This document shows positions 9,490-20,595 of a stretch of 50,448 nt of DNA, piece after piece. Position 1 is the stretch's first letter, and the number at the start of each line of letters is the position of its first letter. The notes beneath the pieces are model-generated. The model was not told the DNA's origin. It did not search any database and saw only the letters and a list, made by a program, of their open reading frames with translations. The translations under genes and the position numbers were made by a program. Origin of the DNA: Candidatus Tayloriibacteriota bacterium (GTDB taxonomy: Bacteria; Patescibacteriota; Minisyncoccia; Phycocordibacterales; CAIRYW01); assembly GCA_028286725.1 (NCBI GenBank), contig JAQBQZ010000005.1, positions 1 to 50,448 of the forward strand. The letters run 5' to 3'.

Positions 9490-11634
9490 ATGAACAGAGA
9501 CTATCCATTAGAAAAGATTCGAAACTTCGGTATCATCGCTCACATCGATGCAGGAAAGACAACAACATCAGAAAGAATTCTGTACTACACAGGTATGTCA
9601 CACAAGATCGGTGAGGTGCACGACGGAGAGGCGACTACTGACTGGATGGAACAGGAAAAAGAGCGAGGTATCACAATTACTGCGGCTGCTATTACTTGTT
9701 TCTGGAATCCTACATATATGGGTGAGGACAAGTCTCTCATGCACCGATTCAACATTATCGATACACCAGGACACGTGGACTTTACAGTGGAGGTAGAGCG
9801 ATCTCTTAAAGTATTGGACGGTGGAGTTGTGGTATTCGACGGAGTGGCTGGAGTAGAGCCACAGTCAGAAACAGTATGGAGACAGGCTGACAAATATAGT
9901 GTTCCTCGAGTTTGTTTCATCAATAAACTTGATAGAATGGGAGCTTCTTTTGAAAGAAGCTTTGCTTCTATCGTTGAGCGACTCAACAAAAATGCTGTAC
10001 GAATGCAGATCCCTATGGGTGTTGAAGAAAATCACAATGGTGTGATCGACCTTTTGAAAATGAAGGCGTACTACTTCGAAGGAGATATGGGTATGACAAT
10101 CAAAGAAGCAGAAATCCCAGCAGAATATCTTGAAGAAGCAAAAAAATTCCGAGCAATGCTTGTAGAAAAAGTTGCTGAATTTGATGAGAAGCTCATGAAT
10201 GATTTTCTTGAGGAAAAAGAACTTTCTATTGAAGATCTTAAAAAAACTATCCGAAAGGCAACTATTGCAAACGCACTTTATCCAGTATTTACAGGATCAG
10301 CTTTGAAGAACAAGGGAGTACAGCTTGTACTTGATGCTGTGGTTGAATACCTCCCATCACCTCTTGATATTCCACCAGTAACAGGACTTGATCCTGAAAC
10401 AGGCGAAGTTATCACACGAAAGGCATCAGATGAAGAACCTTTCGCTGCACTCGCATTCAAACTTCAGACAGATCCATTCGTAGGGCAGCTTACATTCTTC
10501 CGAGTGTATTCTGGAACTATTGAGGCAGGATCATACATCTACAACTCAACAACTGGAAACAAAGAACGACTTGGGCGAATCGTACGACTTCAGGCTAACA
10601 AGCGTGAAGAAGTAAAGAAGGTTTTTGCGGGAGAGATCGCAGCTGCGGTAGGACTCAAGGAAGCAAAAACTTCACATACATTCTGTGATGAAACACATCC
10701 AATAATTCTAGATCCAATTAAATTCGCAGACTCAGTGGTGTCACTTCGAATTGAACCTAAAACAAAAGCAGATCAAGAAAAAATGGGTGTTGCACTCAAG
10801 AAACTCGCTGATGAGGATCCAACATTCCGTATTTCTTCAAACCCAGAAACTGGAGAAACTTTGATCGCTGGTATGGGTGAGCTACATCTTGAAATCATGA
10901 TCGACCGAATGAAGAGAGAATTCGGTGTTGAAGCTAATGTTGGTAAACCACAGGTAGCATACAAAGAAACTATTACGACTGAAGCTGAAGCTGAATACAA
11001 ATATGTTAAGCAGTCTGGAGGTAAAGGACAGTACGGTCACGTTGTGCTCACACTTCGACCACTTAAGCCTCTTGAAGAAGGAGAGAAAGTGTCTAAGAAT
11101 ACTCATCGAGAAGAAGGATTTGAATTCACCAACTCTATTAAGGGAGGTGTTATTCCAAACGAATTTATTCCAGCTGTTGAGAAGGGTGTACACGAAGCGA
11201 TGGATCGAGGTATCGTTGCTGGATTTAAGATGGTGGATGTCTCTTGTGAACTTACATTCGGTTCATCACACGATGTGGACTCATCAGAAATCGCCTTTAA
11301 GATCGCTGGTTCTCAGGCATTTCAGGAAGCTGCACGACGTGCAAAGCCTGTTATCCTTGAACCAGTAATGAAAGTTGAAGTGGTAACTCCTGAGAAATTC
11401 ATGGGAGATGTAACTGGAAACTTGAGTTCAAAGCGAGCTCAGATCCTTTCTATGGGAGACCGAGGGCAGAACAAAGTTGTTGCTGCGATGGTTCCTCTTT
11501 CAGAAATGTTCGGTTACGTTACAGCACTCCGATCACTTACGGAAGGACGAGCTTCATCAACAATGGAATTCGATCATTACGAAATCGTACCACCAAACGT
11601 CGAGAAACAGATTCAAGAGAATAAAACGAAGTAG
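9490..11634 (+). CDS. fusA: Elongation factor G
   Basis: [35 protein letters not shown]. Confidence 0.98.
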   Translation: MNRDYPLEKIRNFGIIAHIDAGKTTTSERILYYTGMSHKIGEVHDGEATTDWMEQEKERGITITAAAITCFWNPTYMGEDKSLMHRFNIIDTPGHVDFTVEVERSLKVLDGGVVVFDGVAGVEPQSETVWRQADKYSVPRVCFINKLDRMGASFERSFASIVERLNKNAVRMQIPMGVEENHNGVIDLLKMKAYYFEGDMGMTIKEAEIPAEYLEEAKKFRAMLVEKVAEFDEKLMNDFLEEKELSIEDLKKTIRKATIANALYPVFTGSALKNKGVQLVLDAVVEYLPSPLDIPPVTGLDPETGEVITRKASDEEPFAALAFKLQTDPFVGQLTFFRVYSGTIEAGSYIYNSTTGNKERLGRIVRLQANKREEVKKVFAGEIAAAVGLKEAKTSHTFCDETHPIILDPIKFADSVVSLRIEPKTKADQEKMGVALKKLADEDPTFRISSNPETGETLIAGMGELHLEIMIDRMKREFGVEANVGKPQVAYKETITTEAEAEYKYVKQSGGKGQYGHVVLTLRPLKPLEEGEKVSKNTHREEGFEFTNSIKGGVIPNEFIPAVEKGVHEAMDRGIVAGFKMVDVSCELTFGSSHDVDSSEIAFKIAGSQAFQEAARRAKPVILEPVMKVEVVTPEKFMGDVTGNLSSKRAQILSMGDRGQNKVVAAMVPLSEMFGYVTALRSLTEGRASSTMEFDHYEIVPPNVEKQIQENKTK

Positions 11635-11703
11635 AGATAGATTGGAAAGTAGAAATCAAAGATTAAAAATAAATGCACCTCGGCGTAGCCGCGGTGCATT
11701 TTG
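11634..11703 (+). repeat. Degenerate heptamer array followed by an intrinsic terminator
   Basis: gagatag|attggaa|agtagaa|atcaaag|attaaaa|ataaatg, then AAATGCACC..GGTGCATTTT. Confidence 0.5.
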
Positions 11704-11724
11704 TATTAGTGTTATACTTCCTGC

Positions 11725-12300
11725 ATGAATGACTGGCATCAAGTTGTGGGGACTATGGGAGGATTGATTGCGTTTTTTTCTATCATTCCCTACATTAAAG
11801 ATATCCTACATGGGACTACAAGACCGAATGTTGTCTCATACATACTCTGGTGTATTTTGCTTTCCATATCTGTCTTTGCACAATATAGCTCAGGTGCATC
11901 ATGGACGATTCTGCTTGTTGGAGCAGATCTTGCTGCCGCACTCATGGTTATATTATTTTGTTTTACAGGATATGGCTACAAAAAATATGGACCTTTAGAA
12001 ATCATTTGTTTTACACTCGCGATAATTGCGATTGTTTTGTGGCAAGTCACCAATAATCCTCTTCTTGCTATTATCTTTTCACTCATTGCAGATATCTTGG
12101 CTGGAATTCCTACTATAGTGAAAACATACCGTGATCCAAAATCAGAATTACCATTGGGGTGGTTTATGGTGGCTTTTGGAGCACTATTGAGTCTTATTTC
12201 AAATACTATTTTTGATTTACCAAACCTTCTTTTTCCGGTATGGATACTGATTGTGAATACTCTTATTGGTTTTTTGGCATTAAGAAGAGTTTCTAAGTAA
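11725..12300 (+). CDS. Multi-pass membrane protein (PQ-loop/SWEET-like duplicated architecture)
   Basis: Two repeats IPYIKDILHG..P and IPTIVKTYRDP..E; about 6-7 TM segments. Confidence 0.65.
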   Translation: MNDWHQVVGTMGGLIAFFSIIPYIKDILHGTTRPNVVSYILWCILLSISVFAQYSSGASWTILLVGADLAAALMVILFCFTGYGYKKYGPLEIICFTLAIIAIVLWQVTNNPLLAIIFSLIADILAGIPTIVKTYRDPKSELPLGWFMVAFGALLSLISNTIFDLPNLLFPVWILIVNTLIGFLALRRVSK

Positions 12301-12351
12301 TTGATATACTTCTTTATATTAATGTGAGGTCATGATAGTATCGTGGTGGCT

Positions 12352-12543
12352 ATGAATAACGACGATTCCGAACCTTCCGAACAGTGGTCTAACAGTCAGG
12401 GTCCTTCGAAGATAATTAAAGTTGCATTGCTGGGGATGTTGGTAATCCTCATTATTGTTGCAGTCTTAATCTGTGCCTCTGGGTGGCAGATCAAAGATGT
12501 GTTTGATTGTCTCAAGGATTTTAGTTGGTACACATACCCGTAG
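12352..12543 (+). CDS. Small single-TM hypothetical protein
   Basis: One hydrophobic segment; followed by a terminator-like hairpin with T tract. Confidence 0.5.
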   Translation: MNNDDSEPSEQWSNSQGPSKIIKVALLGMLVILIIVAVLICASGWQIKDVFDCLKDFSWYTYP

Positions 12544-12590
12544 CATTCATGCTCGGGGTTTTTTATTTATGCTATACTTTCGCCACATAC

Positions 12591-13502
12591 ATGAATCTCT
12601 TTATCAAAAAATATTCTCCTCTCCTCGTTTTCTTGGCTGCGATGCTCTGGGCAACTGATGCGCCGTTTCGAGTGTATTTGACAAAAGATCTTTCAAGTAA
12701 TTTTATTGTACTTGTTGAGCACTTTATAAACCTTATTTTTGTATTACCGCTCCTTTTTGTTTCTCGAGAATCAATTAAAAAGCTTACTCTTAAAGACTGG
12801 ATTCCAGTTCTTATTATTGGTGTTGGTGGTTCTGCGCTCGCATCTATTGCATTCACCCAGGCGTTTCATTATGTGAATCCATCTGTGGCTATACTTCTCC
12901 AAAAACTCCAACCTGTCATTGCGATTCTTCTTGCGGGAACAATACTTAAAGAGAAAATGCCAAAGAGATTTTGGGCTTGGGCATTCATTGCACTTCTTGG
13001 TGCATATGTTATTTCTTTCCCGAGCCTTATTCCTCGACTTTATGATGGGGAAGTGTTCAATCCGAATACTATCGGGGTATTGTATGCGCTTCTCGCGGCG
13101 CTCCTTTGGGGAGCATCAACAGTCTTTGGTAAATATGTTTTAAATACCGTAACGTTCGAAGCGATGACGGCACTCAGGTTTAGTGTTGCTTTCGTATTCC
13201 TTCTTGGTCTCAACTTCTCGACCGGAGAGTTGAGCGAGATAGGGCTTCTATCAACGACTGATATTCTTTATCTTATTATCATTGGTATTGTCTCAGGTGC
13301 AATGTCACTTCTTCTATACTATAGAGGACTCCAATACACTAAAGCATCGATTGCAACCTTGGCTGAGCTCGGGTTTGTCTTTGCGTCACTTCTCATAAAC
13401 ACTCTCTTTTTAGGTACAAATCTTGCTTTGATGCAGATGGCCGGTATCGTTCTTCTTCTTATGGCGGTACTCAGTCTCGTAAGAGTAAACAGGGAGGAGT
13501 AA
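12591..13502 (+). CDS. DMT/EamA-family transporter
   Basis: Ten hydrophobic helices, AAMLWAT, LQPVIAILLAGTILKEK, AALLWG. ATG 12591. Confidence 0.9.
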   Translation: MNLFIKKYSPLLVFLAAMLWATDAPFRVYLTKDLSSNFIVLVEHFINLIFVLPLLFVSRESIKKLTLKDWIPVLIIGVGGSALASIAFTQAFHYVNPSVAILLQKLQPVIAILLAGTILKEKMPKRFWAWAFIALLGAYVISFPSLIPRLYDGEVFNPNTIGVLYALLAALLWGASTVFGKYVLNTVTFEAMTALRFSVAFVFLLGLNFSTGELSEIGLLSTTDILYLIIIGIVSGAMSLLLYYRGLQYTKASIATLAELGFVFASLLINTLFLGTNLALMQMAGIVLLLMAVLSLVRVNREE

Positions 13503-13702
13503 TTGTTGACATATAATTTCTCTGTGATAATATTGCTCCTAACGCGTTTGCGTGTTTTTTGTTTGAAAGAGCAATAACATTGCAAATCTAGCGCAATTAT
13601 CAAATCGTTTTTAAGTTACTTCTCTTAAATGGCTTCTCGCGCATTTTGGAGAGGATAATTAAAGACACCCGCCGAAAGGCGTTTAATCTATATAAAATAT
13701 AT

Positions 13703-14893
13703 ATGGCTGAAGCATTTAATCGTTCAAAACCACACGTAAACGTAGGTACTATTGGACACGTTGACCACGGAAAGACTACTCTTACCGCGGCTATTCTTAA
13801 TGTACTCTCACGATCAGGACAGAACGTGAAGCTCAAGGCTGTTGATCAGATCGACAACGCTCCTGAGGAAAAAGCTCGAGGTATTACTATTAACCTCTCA
13901 CACAACGAGTATGAGACAGCTAATAGACACTACGCTCACATTGATGCTCCAGGTCACGCCGACTACATCAAGAACATGATTACTGGTGCAGCTCAGATGG
14001 ACGGTGCTATTCTCGTTATCGCAGCTACAGACGGTGTTATGCCACAGACTCGAGAGCACGTTCTTCTTGCTAAGCAGGTTGGAGTGCCAAAGATCATCGT
14101 TTTCCTTAACAAGTGTGATATGGTGCCTGATACAGAGCTCATTGACCTCGTTGAAGAAGAAGTGCGAGATCTTCTTGCATCACAAGGATATGACCGAGAT
14201 TGTCCAGTTATCCGAGGTTCAGGACTCAAAGCTCTTGAAGCGACAGGTATTGATGATGAATGGTCTAAGAAAGTACTTGAGCTCGCTGACGCACTCGATA
14301 CTTACATCCCTATGCCAATTCGAGAAACTGATAAGCCTTTCCTTATGCCTGTAGAAGATATCTTCTCAATTGAAGGACGAGGAACAGTGGTTACAGGACG
14401 AATCGAGCGAGGTACAGTAAAGATCGGTGAAGAAATCGAAGTTGTTGGTATCAAAGATACTCAGAAGACTACTGTTACTGGTATTGAAATGTTCAACAAG
14501 CAGCTTAACGAAGGCATGGCAGGAGATAACGCCGGTATTCTTGTTCGAGGTCTTAAGAAAGAAGACATCACACGAGGACAGGTTCTTGCTAAGCCAGGAT
14601 CAGTGAAGCCTCATACAGAATTCGAAGGAGAAGTATACATCCTCAAGAAGGAAGAAGGAGGACGACACACACCATTCTTCACAGGTTACAAGCCACAGTT
14701 CTACATCCGAACAACTGACGTTACTGGAGAAGTAGCACTCAACGCTGGAGTAGAAATGGTTATGCCTGGAGATACAGTAACATTCAACGTAAAGTTGGTT
14801 GCCCCTGTAGCTCTTGAAGACCAGACACGATTTGCTATTCGAGAAGGAGGCAAGACTGTAGGTGCGGGAGTTGTAACAAAGATCGTAAAATAA
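13703..14893 (+). CDS. tuf: Elongation factor Tu
   Basis: [31 protein letters not shown] 13703. Confidence 0.98.
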   Translation: MAEAFNRSKPHVNVGTIGHVDHGKTTLTAAILNVLSRSGQNVKLKAVDQIDNAPEEKARGITINLSHNEYETANRHYAHIDAPGHADYIKNMITGAAQMDGAILVIAATDGVMPQTREHVLLAKQVGVPKIIVFLNKCDMVPDTELIDLVEEEVRDLLASQGYDRDCPVIRGSGLKALEATGIDDEWSKKVLELADALDTYIPMPIRETDKPFLMPVEDIFSIEGRGTVVTGRIERGTVKIGEEIEVVGIKDTQKTTVTGIEMFNKQLNEGMAGDNAGILVRGLKKEDITRGQVLAKPGSVKPHTEFEGEVYILKKEEGGRHTPFFTGYKPQFYIRTTDVTGEVALNAGVEMVMPGDTVTFNVKLVAPVALEDQTRFAIREGGKTVGAGVVTKIVK

Positions 14894-14903
14894 AGATGAA
14901 TTA

Positions 14904-14957
14904 AAGTGGTAGGTGGTGAGATTTACTCACCACCTACCACTTGAAACTCACCACTCA
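14904..14957 (+). repeat. 17-bp perfect hairpin built from heptamer repeats, between tuf and rpsJ
   Basis: AAGTGGTAGGTGGTGAG-attta-CTCACCACCTACCACTT, then a further CTCACCA unit. Confidence 0.7.
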
Positions 14958-14962
14958 AATAT

Positions 14963-15313
14963 ATGGCAGTCGAAACAAAAACAAAAAAAGAAAAAACATC
15001 AACAAGTGCTCCAAAGCTACGAATTCGAGTTCGAGCATATGATCACAAGATTCTTGATGCGTCAGTAAAGCAGATCATTGATACTGCTCTACGATTCGAT
15101 GCAGAGATTCTTGGGCCAATACCGCTTCCAACAGAAATTCGAAAGTATACTGTGAACCGTGCATCATTCGTTTTCAAAAACGCGCGAGAGCAGTTTGAAA
15201 TGAGAACTCACAAGAGACTTATTGACATTACTAACCCAAATCCAAAGATCATCGAAGCTTTGTCTAATATGTCTCTACCTTCAGGTGTGAATATTGATGT
15301 AAAAATGATGTAA
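14963..15313 (+). CDS. rpsJ: 30S ribosomal protein S10
   Basis: RIRVRAYDH, GPIPLPT, REQFEMRTHKRLIDI. Confidence 0.97.
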   Translation: MAVETKTKKEKTSTSAPKLRIRVRAYDHKILDASVKQIIDTALRFDAEILGPIPLPTEIRKYTVNRASFVFKNAREQFEMRTHKRLIDITNPNPKIIEALSNMSLPSGVNIDVKMM

Positions 15314-15322
15314 TCCAAATAT

Positions 15323-15940
15323 ATGAAATACATTCTCGGAAAAAAAATCAATATGACACAAATGTTTGCTGAAGACGGTACAGTAAGTCCTGTTACTGTG
15401 ATTGAAGCAACACCATCTAAAGTCACACAAGTAAAAAATGTTGAAAAAGATGGTTATGTAGCAATCCAGATCGGATTTGGTGCACGAAAAGCAAAGAACA
15501 TTTCTAAGGCAGTACAGGGTCACACAAAAGATGTTGGAAACTTCCAAACACTTCGTGAATTCCGATTCGAAGGAGGAGAAACGCCTTCACGAGGAGATGA
15601 AATCACAGTCGACACTTTCAAAGAAGGTGACATTGTTGAAGTCTCAGGAATCACAAAAGGTAAAGGATTCCAAGGTGTTGTTAAAAGACACGGATTCCAT
15701 GGAGGTCCACGATCTCACGGTCAGAAGCACTCAGAGCGAGAGCCAGGTTCTATTTCTGGAGGTACAAGAGAAGGAGGGCGAGTACCAAAGGGTATGAAAA
15801 TGGCAGGACGAATGGGAGGAGACAGAGTAACTGTAAAAGGTCTTCGAATCGTTTCTATCGACAAAGAAAATAACAAGATAATGATAAGTGGTGCGGTTCC
15901 AGGTCGTCGCGGCACAGTGCTTGAAATCAGAAGTAAATAA
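15323..15940 (+). CDS. rplC: 50S ribosomal protein L3
   Basis: GKKINMTQ, TKGKGFQGVVKRHGF, GAVPG. Confidence 0.97.
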   Translation: MKYILGKKINMTQMFAEDGTVSPVTVIEATPSKVTQVKNVEKDGYVAIQIGFGARKAKNISKAVQGHTKDVGNFQTLREFRFEGGETPSRGDEITVDTFKEGDIVEVSGITKGKGFQGVVKRHGFHGGPRSHGQKHSEREPGSISGGTREGGRVPKGMKMAGRMGGDRVTVKGLRIVSIDKENNKIMISGAVPGRRGTVLEIRSK

Positions 15941-15945
15941 CATTT

Positions 15946-16611
15946 ATGGAAACATCAATATATACAAAAGAAGGAAAGGCTAAAGGGAAGATAACTCTTC
16001 CAGAAGAAGTTTTCGGATTGAAATGGAATTCTGATCTCGTGCACCAGGTTGTGAACTCTCTTATGACTGCAAAGCGAATGGGTACTGCTCACACAAAAGA
16101 TCGTGGAGAAGTATCTGGAGGTGGAAAGAAACCTTGGGCGCAGAAAGGAACTGGACGAGCACGACACGGATCATCTCGATCACCTATCTGGGTAGGAGGA
16201 GGTGTTGCTCACGGACCACGAAATGACAAAAATTTTGACAGAAAGATCAACAAAAAAGTAAAGGCTAAATCAATCGCAGTTATTTTGTCACAGAAATATC
16301 GAGACGGTGAGATTATCTTTATGGATTCATTTGGATTTTCTGCTCCAAAAACAAAGGATGCCGTAGCTGTAATGAGCAACATTGCATCTGTTAAAGGTTT
16401 TGAAAAAGTGGCTACAAAGAGAACTAATGCTCTTCTTGTTGCAACTTCATCAAAGGATAAAAATACAGAAAAGAGTTTTGGAAATATTTCTAAATCTTTT
16501 GTTTCTGAGGTTCGAAATCTAAATCCTATCGATCTTATGAAATACAAATACTTGGTGATCGAAAATCCTGAAGTATCTGTCGGACTTATCAAAGAAAGAC
16601 TTGTAAAATAA
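15946..16611 (+). CDS. rplD: 50S ribosomal protein L4
   Basis: EVSGGGKKPWAQKGTGRARHGS. Confidence 0.97.
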   Translation: METSIYTKEGKAKGKITLPEEVFGLKWNSDLVHQVVNSLMTAKRMGTAHTKDRGEVSGGGKKPWAQKGTGRARHGSSRSPIWVGGGVAHGPRNDKNFDRKINKKVKAKSIAVILSQKYRDGEIIFMDSFGFSAPKTKDAVAVMSNIASVKGFEKVATKRTNALLVATSSKDKNTEKSFGNISKSFVSEVRNLNPIDLMKYKYLVIENPEVSVGLIKERLVK

Positions 16612-16615
16612 ATTT

Positions 16616-16900
16616 ATGAAATTCGATCCAAGTACAATCATCATACGACCACGAATCACAGAAAAAGCTGCGGCGCTTTCTGAGACTGGAAATGTGTATA
16701 CATTCGAAGTAACTCAGACTGCAACAAAGACTACTATCAAAAGAGCTATTAAAGAGATCTACAAAGTAACTCCTATAAGAGTGAACACTGTAAACCTCAA
16801 AGCTAAGGCTGTTGTGGTAAAAGGCAAGAAAGGCAGTACAAAAGCTGTGGTCAAAGCGTATGTTTATCTAAAGAAAGGGGATAAGATAGATCTCGCATAA
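16616..16900 (+). CDS. rplW: 50S ribosomal protein L23
   Basis: PRITEKA, YTFEV, KAYVYLKKG; operon position. Confidence 0.95.
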   Translation: MKFDPSTIIIRPRITEKAAALSETGNVYTFEVTQTATKTTIKRAIKEIYKVTPIRVNTVNLKAKAVVVKGKKGSTKAVVKAYVYLKKGDKIDLA

Positions 16901-16910
16901 AACAAAATAT

Positions 16911-17753
16911 ATGAAAACTTACAAACCATACACTAAATCAAGACGAAATACTGTAACGATCAACTATCGTGACCTTCTTTCGGGCGACAAGCCAGAGAAA
17001 TCTCTCGTAGGAGGATTTACTCGAGCAATGGGACGAAACAACCGAGGACGAATCACTACTCGACATAAGGGAGGAGGAAACAAAAGACTCTATCGAGATG
17101 TTGACTTTGTTTATGACAAAAAAGACATCGAAGCGAAGATTGTTTCTGTTGAATACGATCCAAACCGATCAGGATTTATCGGACTTGCAGTCTATAAGGA
17201 CGGTGAGAAGCGATATGTACTCGTTCCAAAATCAATGAAGCCTGGAGATGCATTTATCGTGAGTGAAAGTGCTCCTGCAACTGTAGGAAACCGACTCGCA
17301 CTCAAGAATATTCCTGTAGGAACATTCGTATACAACGTTGAAATGAAGCTTTCAGGTGGTGCAAAGCTTGCACGATCTGCAGGTAACTTCGTAGAAGTTA
17401 TCGCTCAAGACCTCGGGTACACACTTCTTAAACTTCCTTCAACAGAAGTTCGAAAGGTGAAGGATACATGTTTCGCTTCAGTTGGACTCGTATCAAACGA
17501 CGAACATCACCTTGTGAAGTTCGGAAAGGCTGGACGAAGTCGATGGAGAGGAATCCGACCAACTGTTCGAGGTACAGCCATGAACCCCGTAGACCACCCA
17601 CACGGAGGAGGTGAAGGGCGACAGGGGCGAGGACGACGACGAGCTATCTCTATCTATGGTAAACCAACAGGTAAGGGGCAGAAATCTCGAAAACCAAAAA
17701 AGTACTCAAACAAGCATATTGTTACACGACGAAAAGTTGGAAAGCAGAGATAA
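16911..17753 (+). CDS. rplB: 50S ribosomal protein L2
   Basis: EYDPNRS, RPTVRGTAMNPVDHPHGGGEG. Confidence 0.98.
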   Translation: MKTYKPYTKSRRNTVTINYRDLLSGDKPEKSLVGGFTRAMGRNNRGRITTRHKGGGNKRLYRDVDFVYDKKDIEAKIVSVEYDPNRSGFIGLAVYKDGEKRYVLVPKSMKPGDAFIVSESAPATVGNRLALKNIPVGTFVYNVEMKLSGGAKLARSAGNFVEVIAQDLGYTLLKLPSTEVRKVKDTCFASVGLVSNDEHHLVKFGKAGRSRWRGIRPTVRGTAMNPVDHPHGGGEGRQGRGRRRAISIYGKPTGKGQKSRKPKKYSNKHIVTRRKVGKQR

Positions 17754-17772
17754 TCTTAAAACAGAATTTAAA

Positions 17773-17811
17773 ACAAAATGCACCGTGCCTTTGGGCGCGG
17801 TGCATTTTGTT
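17773..17811 (+). terminator. Intrinsic terminator after rplB
   Basis: ACAAAATGCACCGTGCC-ttt-GGGCGCGGTGCATTTTGTTT. Confidence 0.8.
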
Positions 17812-17838
17812 TGTTATTCTGCTATTCTATTAATAATA

Positions 17839-18381
17839 ATGATCAAACTAAAACAAGTCTCATATGAGGATGTTATCGAATTTTTTACAAAGGAACACCC
17901 TATCGATCTCGAGTCACCGCATTTCGCAGGGAATAAGTGGGGGAGATTGCATCTGGATCAAGCTAACAAAGAACTAGGGGGTCTCTGGGCACTTTGTGAA
18001 TTGGAAGTTGATGATATTTTGAGCCTTGTAATTCCATTTCATGCTGCAGAGCAGGGCGATTCAATTCTTGTTGAAGAAAGCGGTCTTGTTGTAATTGGTG
18101 CAATCGATAAGTTGAAAAATTCTCTTCCAGAATATGCTGAAAAAAATCCTGTTTGTTGGGCGAAAATAATGTATTGGAAAGAGAAGGATTTTTCTCCTCT
18201 TTTTCTCTCTACGGCACCTGCGACTCAAGGAAGAAGAAGTCATACAGATCCTTCTTTAGGCACTTTGTTTCATCTAGACGGCCTACATCGCCTTATGAGA
18301 TGGGGTATGGACGGACGCTTTGAGAGTGAGAATTATGCCAAAGGTCCAAAGCTCACGGCCTATGTTGCAGGCTTTAAGTAA
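17839..18381 (+). CDS. Hypothetical protein with a ParB/Srx-like DGxHR motif, inserted in the S10 operon
   Basis: LFHLDGLHRL. ATG 17839 follows the rplB terminator. Confidence 0.6.
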   Translation: MIKLKQVSYEDVIEFFTKEHPIDLESPHFAGNKWGRLHLDQANKELGGLWALCELEVDDILSLVIPFHAAEQGDSILVEESGLVVIGAIDKLKNSLPEYAEKNPVCWAKIMYWKEKDFSPLFLSTAPATQGRRSHTDPSLGTLFHLDGLHRLMRWGMDGRFESENYAKGPKLTAYVAGFK

Positions 18382-18471
18382 ATCCACTTTAACCATTTGA
18401 CATTATTCTAATTTTTGATAGTATATCCCCTATGCTCCTTTGGAGCTATTTTTGATACAAACTTAAAACAA

Positions 18472-18813
18472 ATGACACGATCACTAAAAAAAGGACCTTT
18501 CGTAGAAGCATATCTCTTGAAAAAAATCGAGGGAAAAAGACCATCAGAAACTGGTGTTATTAAGACTTGGTCTAGACGAAGTCAGATCACTCCTGAAATG
18601 GTAGGGTTCACTTTTGGTGTTCACAACGGAAAGGTTCATACTGAAGTTTTTGCTACAGAAGATATGGTAGGTCACCGACTTGGAGAATTCTCACCAACAC
18701 GAAAGTTCACACGACACGGAGGAAAGATGCAGAAGGAGATTGACTCAGCTAAAAAGGCTGCGGAGATCGCTTCAGCTCAAACGGCAAAAGCAGCAACACC
18801 AGCTAAGAAATAA
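18472..18813 (+). CDS. rpsS: 30S ribosomal protein S19
   Basis: [29 protein letters not shown]. Own promoter TTGACA 18397 / TAGTAT. Confidence 0.97.
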   Translation: MTRSLKKGPFVEAYLLKKIEGKRPSETGVIKTWSRRSQITPEMVGFTFGVHNGKVHTEVFATEDMVGHRLGEFSPTRKFTRHGGKMQKEIDSAKKAAEIASAQTAKAATPAKK

Positions 18814-18824
18814 TATAATTTTTT

Positions 18825-19247
18825 ATGAAAGCAACACTTCAAACATACAGACAATCACCTCGAAAAGTAAGACTTCTTGCAGATCTTATTCGTGGAAAGA
18901 AAATTCCTGAAGCTTTGAATAACCTTGCTTTCGCAGACAAGCGAGCAGGACCTATTTTCGCTAAACTCCTTAAGAGCGCAGTTGCAAACGCGACTAACAA
19001 CGACTCTGCTAAAGCAGAAGATCTTTTTGTAAAAGAAGTATCTGTAAATCAGGGCGTTACAATGAAGCGAATGATGCCTCGAGCTCGTGGATCAGGTGCA
19101 CGAATCAACAAGCGAACTTCACACTTGAGTATTACTCTTGGAGTTAAAGAGCTTGCAAGTCCAAAAGGAAAGAAAGCAGAAGTTGCTGAAACAAAAGAAT
19201 CAAAACCAAAAGTCGTTAAAAAAACAGCTAAGGCTAAAAAAGCATAA
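18825..19247 (+). CDS. rplV: 50S ribosomal protein L22
   Basis: SPRKVRLLADLIRGK, PRARG, KRTSH. Confidence 0.97.
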   Translation: MKATLQTYRQSPRKVRLLADLIRGKKIPEALNNLAFADKRAGPIFAKLLKSAVANATNNDSAKAEDLFVKEVSVNQGVTMKRMMPRARGSGARINKRTSHLSITLGVKELASPKGKKAEVAETKESKPKVVKKTAKAKKA

Positions 19248-19256
19248 TATTTCTAT

Positions 19257-19913
19257 ATGTCACACACAGTTCACCCATATTCACATAGACTAGGTATCAT
19301 TCGAGATTGGAAGAGTAAGTGGTTTGCACTACATTCTAACTATCGAGGAAACCTCAAGGCTGACATTCTCATCCGACAGTATCTCCACAAGAGACTCAAG
19401 GGTATGTTTATTGGTGGTGTTGAAATCGAACGAGGTTCAAAGACTACTCGAATCATCATCAAGACTGGACGACCGGGCATGCTTATTGGACGATCAGGTG
19501 ATGGAACAGTTAAACTCCGAGCAGATATCCTCAAAGCTCTCAAACGAGATAAGATCGTTATGCCAGTTGATTTCAAACTCGATATTGAAGAAGTTCGTTC
19601 TCCAGAGTCTTCAGCTCCAATTGTAGCTGAAATGATCGCAGAAGGTCTTGAGAAACGAGTTCCTTTCCGACGAGTTATGAAGCAGATGGTAGAGAAGGTA
19701 ATGGCTAACCGAGAGGTTCAGGGTATCAAGATCTACATTGGTGGACGACTTGGAGGAGCTGACATGGCACGATCAGAAACGTTGAAGAAGGGACGAATCC
19801 CACTTCAGACTCTTCGAGCTGACATCGATTACGGTACAATTCGTGCATCTATCCCACAAGGTGATCTCGGTATCAAAGTGTGGATTTACAAAGGTGAAGT
19901 TTTCAATAAGTAA
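19257..19913 (+). CDS. rpsC: 30S ribosomal protein S3
   Basis: HPYSHRLG, RPGMLIG, GRLGGADMAR, PLQTLRADIDY. Confidence 0.97.
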   Translation: MSHTVHPYSHRLGIIRDWKSKWFALHSNYRGNLKADILIRQYLHKRLKGMFIGGVEIERGSKTTRIIIKTGRPGMLIGRSGDGTVKLRADILKALKRDKIVMPVDFKLDIEEVRSPESSAPIVAEMIAEGLEKRVPFRRVMKQMVEKVMANREVQGIKIYIGGRLGGADMARSETLKKGRIPLQTLRADIDYGTIRASIPQGDLGIKVWIYKGEVFNK

Positions 19914-19922
19914 AATACATTT

Positions 19923-20348
19923 ATGTTATTCCCTAAAAAAGTAAAATTCAGAAAATGGCAAAAGAATAGACAGAACGAGTCTAAGCGAAGAAACGCTACT
20001 CGAGGAACTACTCTTTCTTTTGGTTCTCACGGACTAAAGGCGATGACGTTTGCCCACGTAAAGAGTAATCAGCTTGAAGCCGCACGAAAGGCTATGGCAC
20101 GAGCACTCGGTAAGACTGGACGAGCATGGGTTCGAATCTTTCCAGACCGACCATGGACACAGAAAGCTGCAGAAACACCGATGGGTAAGGGTAAGGGGGA
20201 TCTTCAGGGATATATGGTGGATGTTGAGCCAGGACGAGTTATTTTTGAAGTTGATGGTGTTACAGACGCTATTGCAGTCGAAGCGCTTCGAAAGGCTTCA
20301 ACAAAGCTTCCTCTCATTGGAAAAGTAATCGCACGAGAAACTAAATAG
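19923..20348 (+). CDS. rplP: 50S ribosomal protein L16
   Basis: PKKVKFRK, QLEAAR, RIFPD, MGKGKG. Confidence 0.97.
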   Translation: MLFPKKVKFRKWQKNRQNESKRRNATRGTTLSFGSHGLKAMTFAHVKSNQLEAARKAMARALGKTGRAWVRIFPDRPWTQKAAETPMGKGKGDLQGYMVDVEPGRVIFEVDGVTDAIAVEALRKASTKLPLIGKVIARETK

Positions 20349-20393
20349 ATTACATAGACAAATCAAGAAAAATAAGTAATATAAGATATTCAA

Positions 20394-20573
20394 ATGACCA
20401 AAGTAATAAACGACAAAAAAATAGACGAACTCCTAAAGGATCTTTATGAAAAGAGAGAGGCTCTTCGAGTGATCAAGTCTAATGGTCAAGGAAAGGATAA
20501 GAACGTGAAAGCTCAAGGAACTCTCAAAAAAGAGATCGCGCGAGTACTCACAGCGATCAACGCAAAAAAGTAG
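20394..20573 (+). CDS. rpmC: 50S ribosomal protein L29 (59 aa, below the ORF-track cutoff)
   Basis: Manual translation MTKVINDKKIDELLKDLYEKREALRVIKSNGQGKDKNVKAQGTLKKEIARVLTAINAKK; KKEIARVLT motif; lies between rplP and rpsQ. Confidence 0.9.
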   Translation: MTKVINDKKIDELLKDLYEKREALRVIKSNGQGKDKNVKAQGTLKKEIARVLTAINAKK

Positions 20574-20595
20574 TAATAGATTTACATAAAACAAA

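Noticed and set aside
17611-17838. N-terminal extension of the 256-aa ORF overlapping rplB (possible frameshift fusion)
   Set aside because: It crosses an intrinsic terminator. ATG 17839 with its own -10-like box is more plausible.
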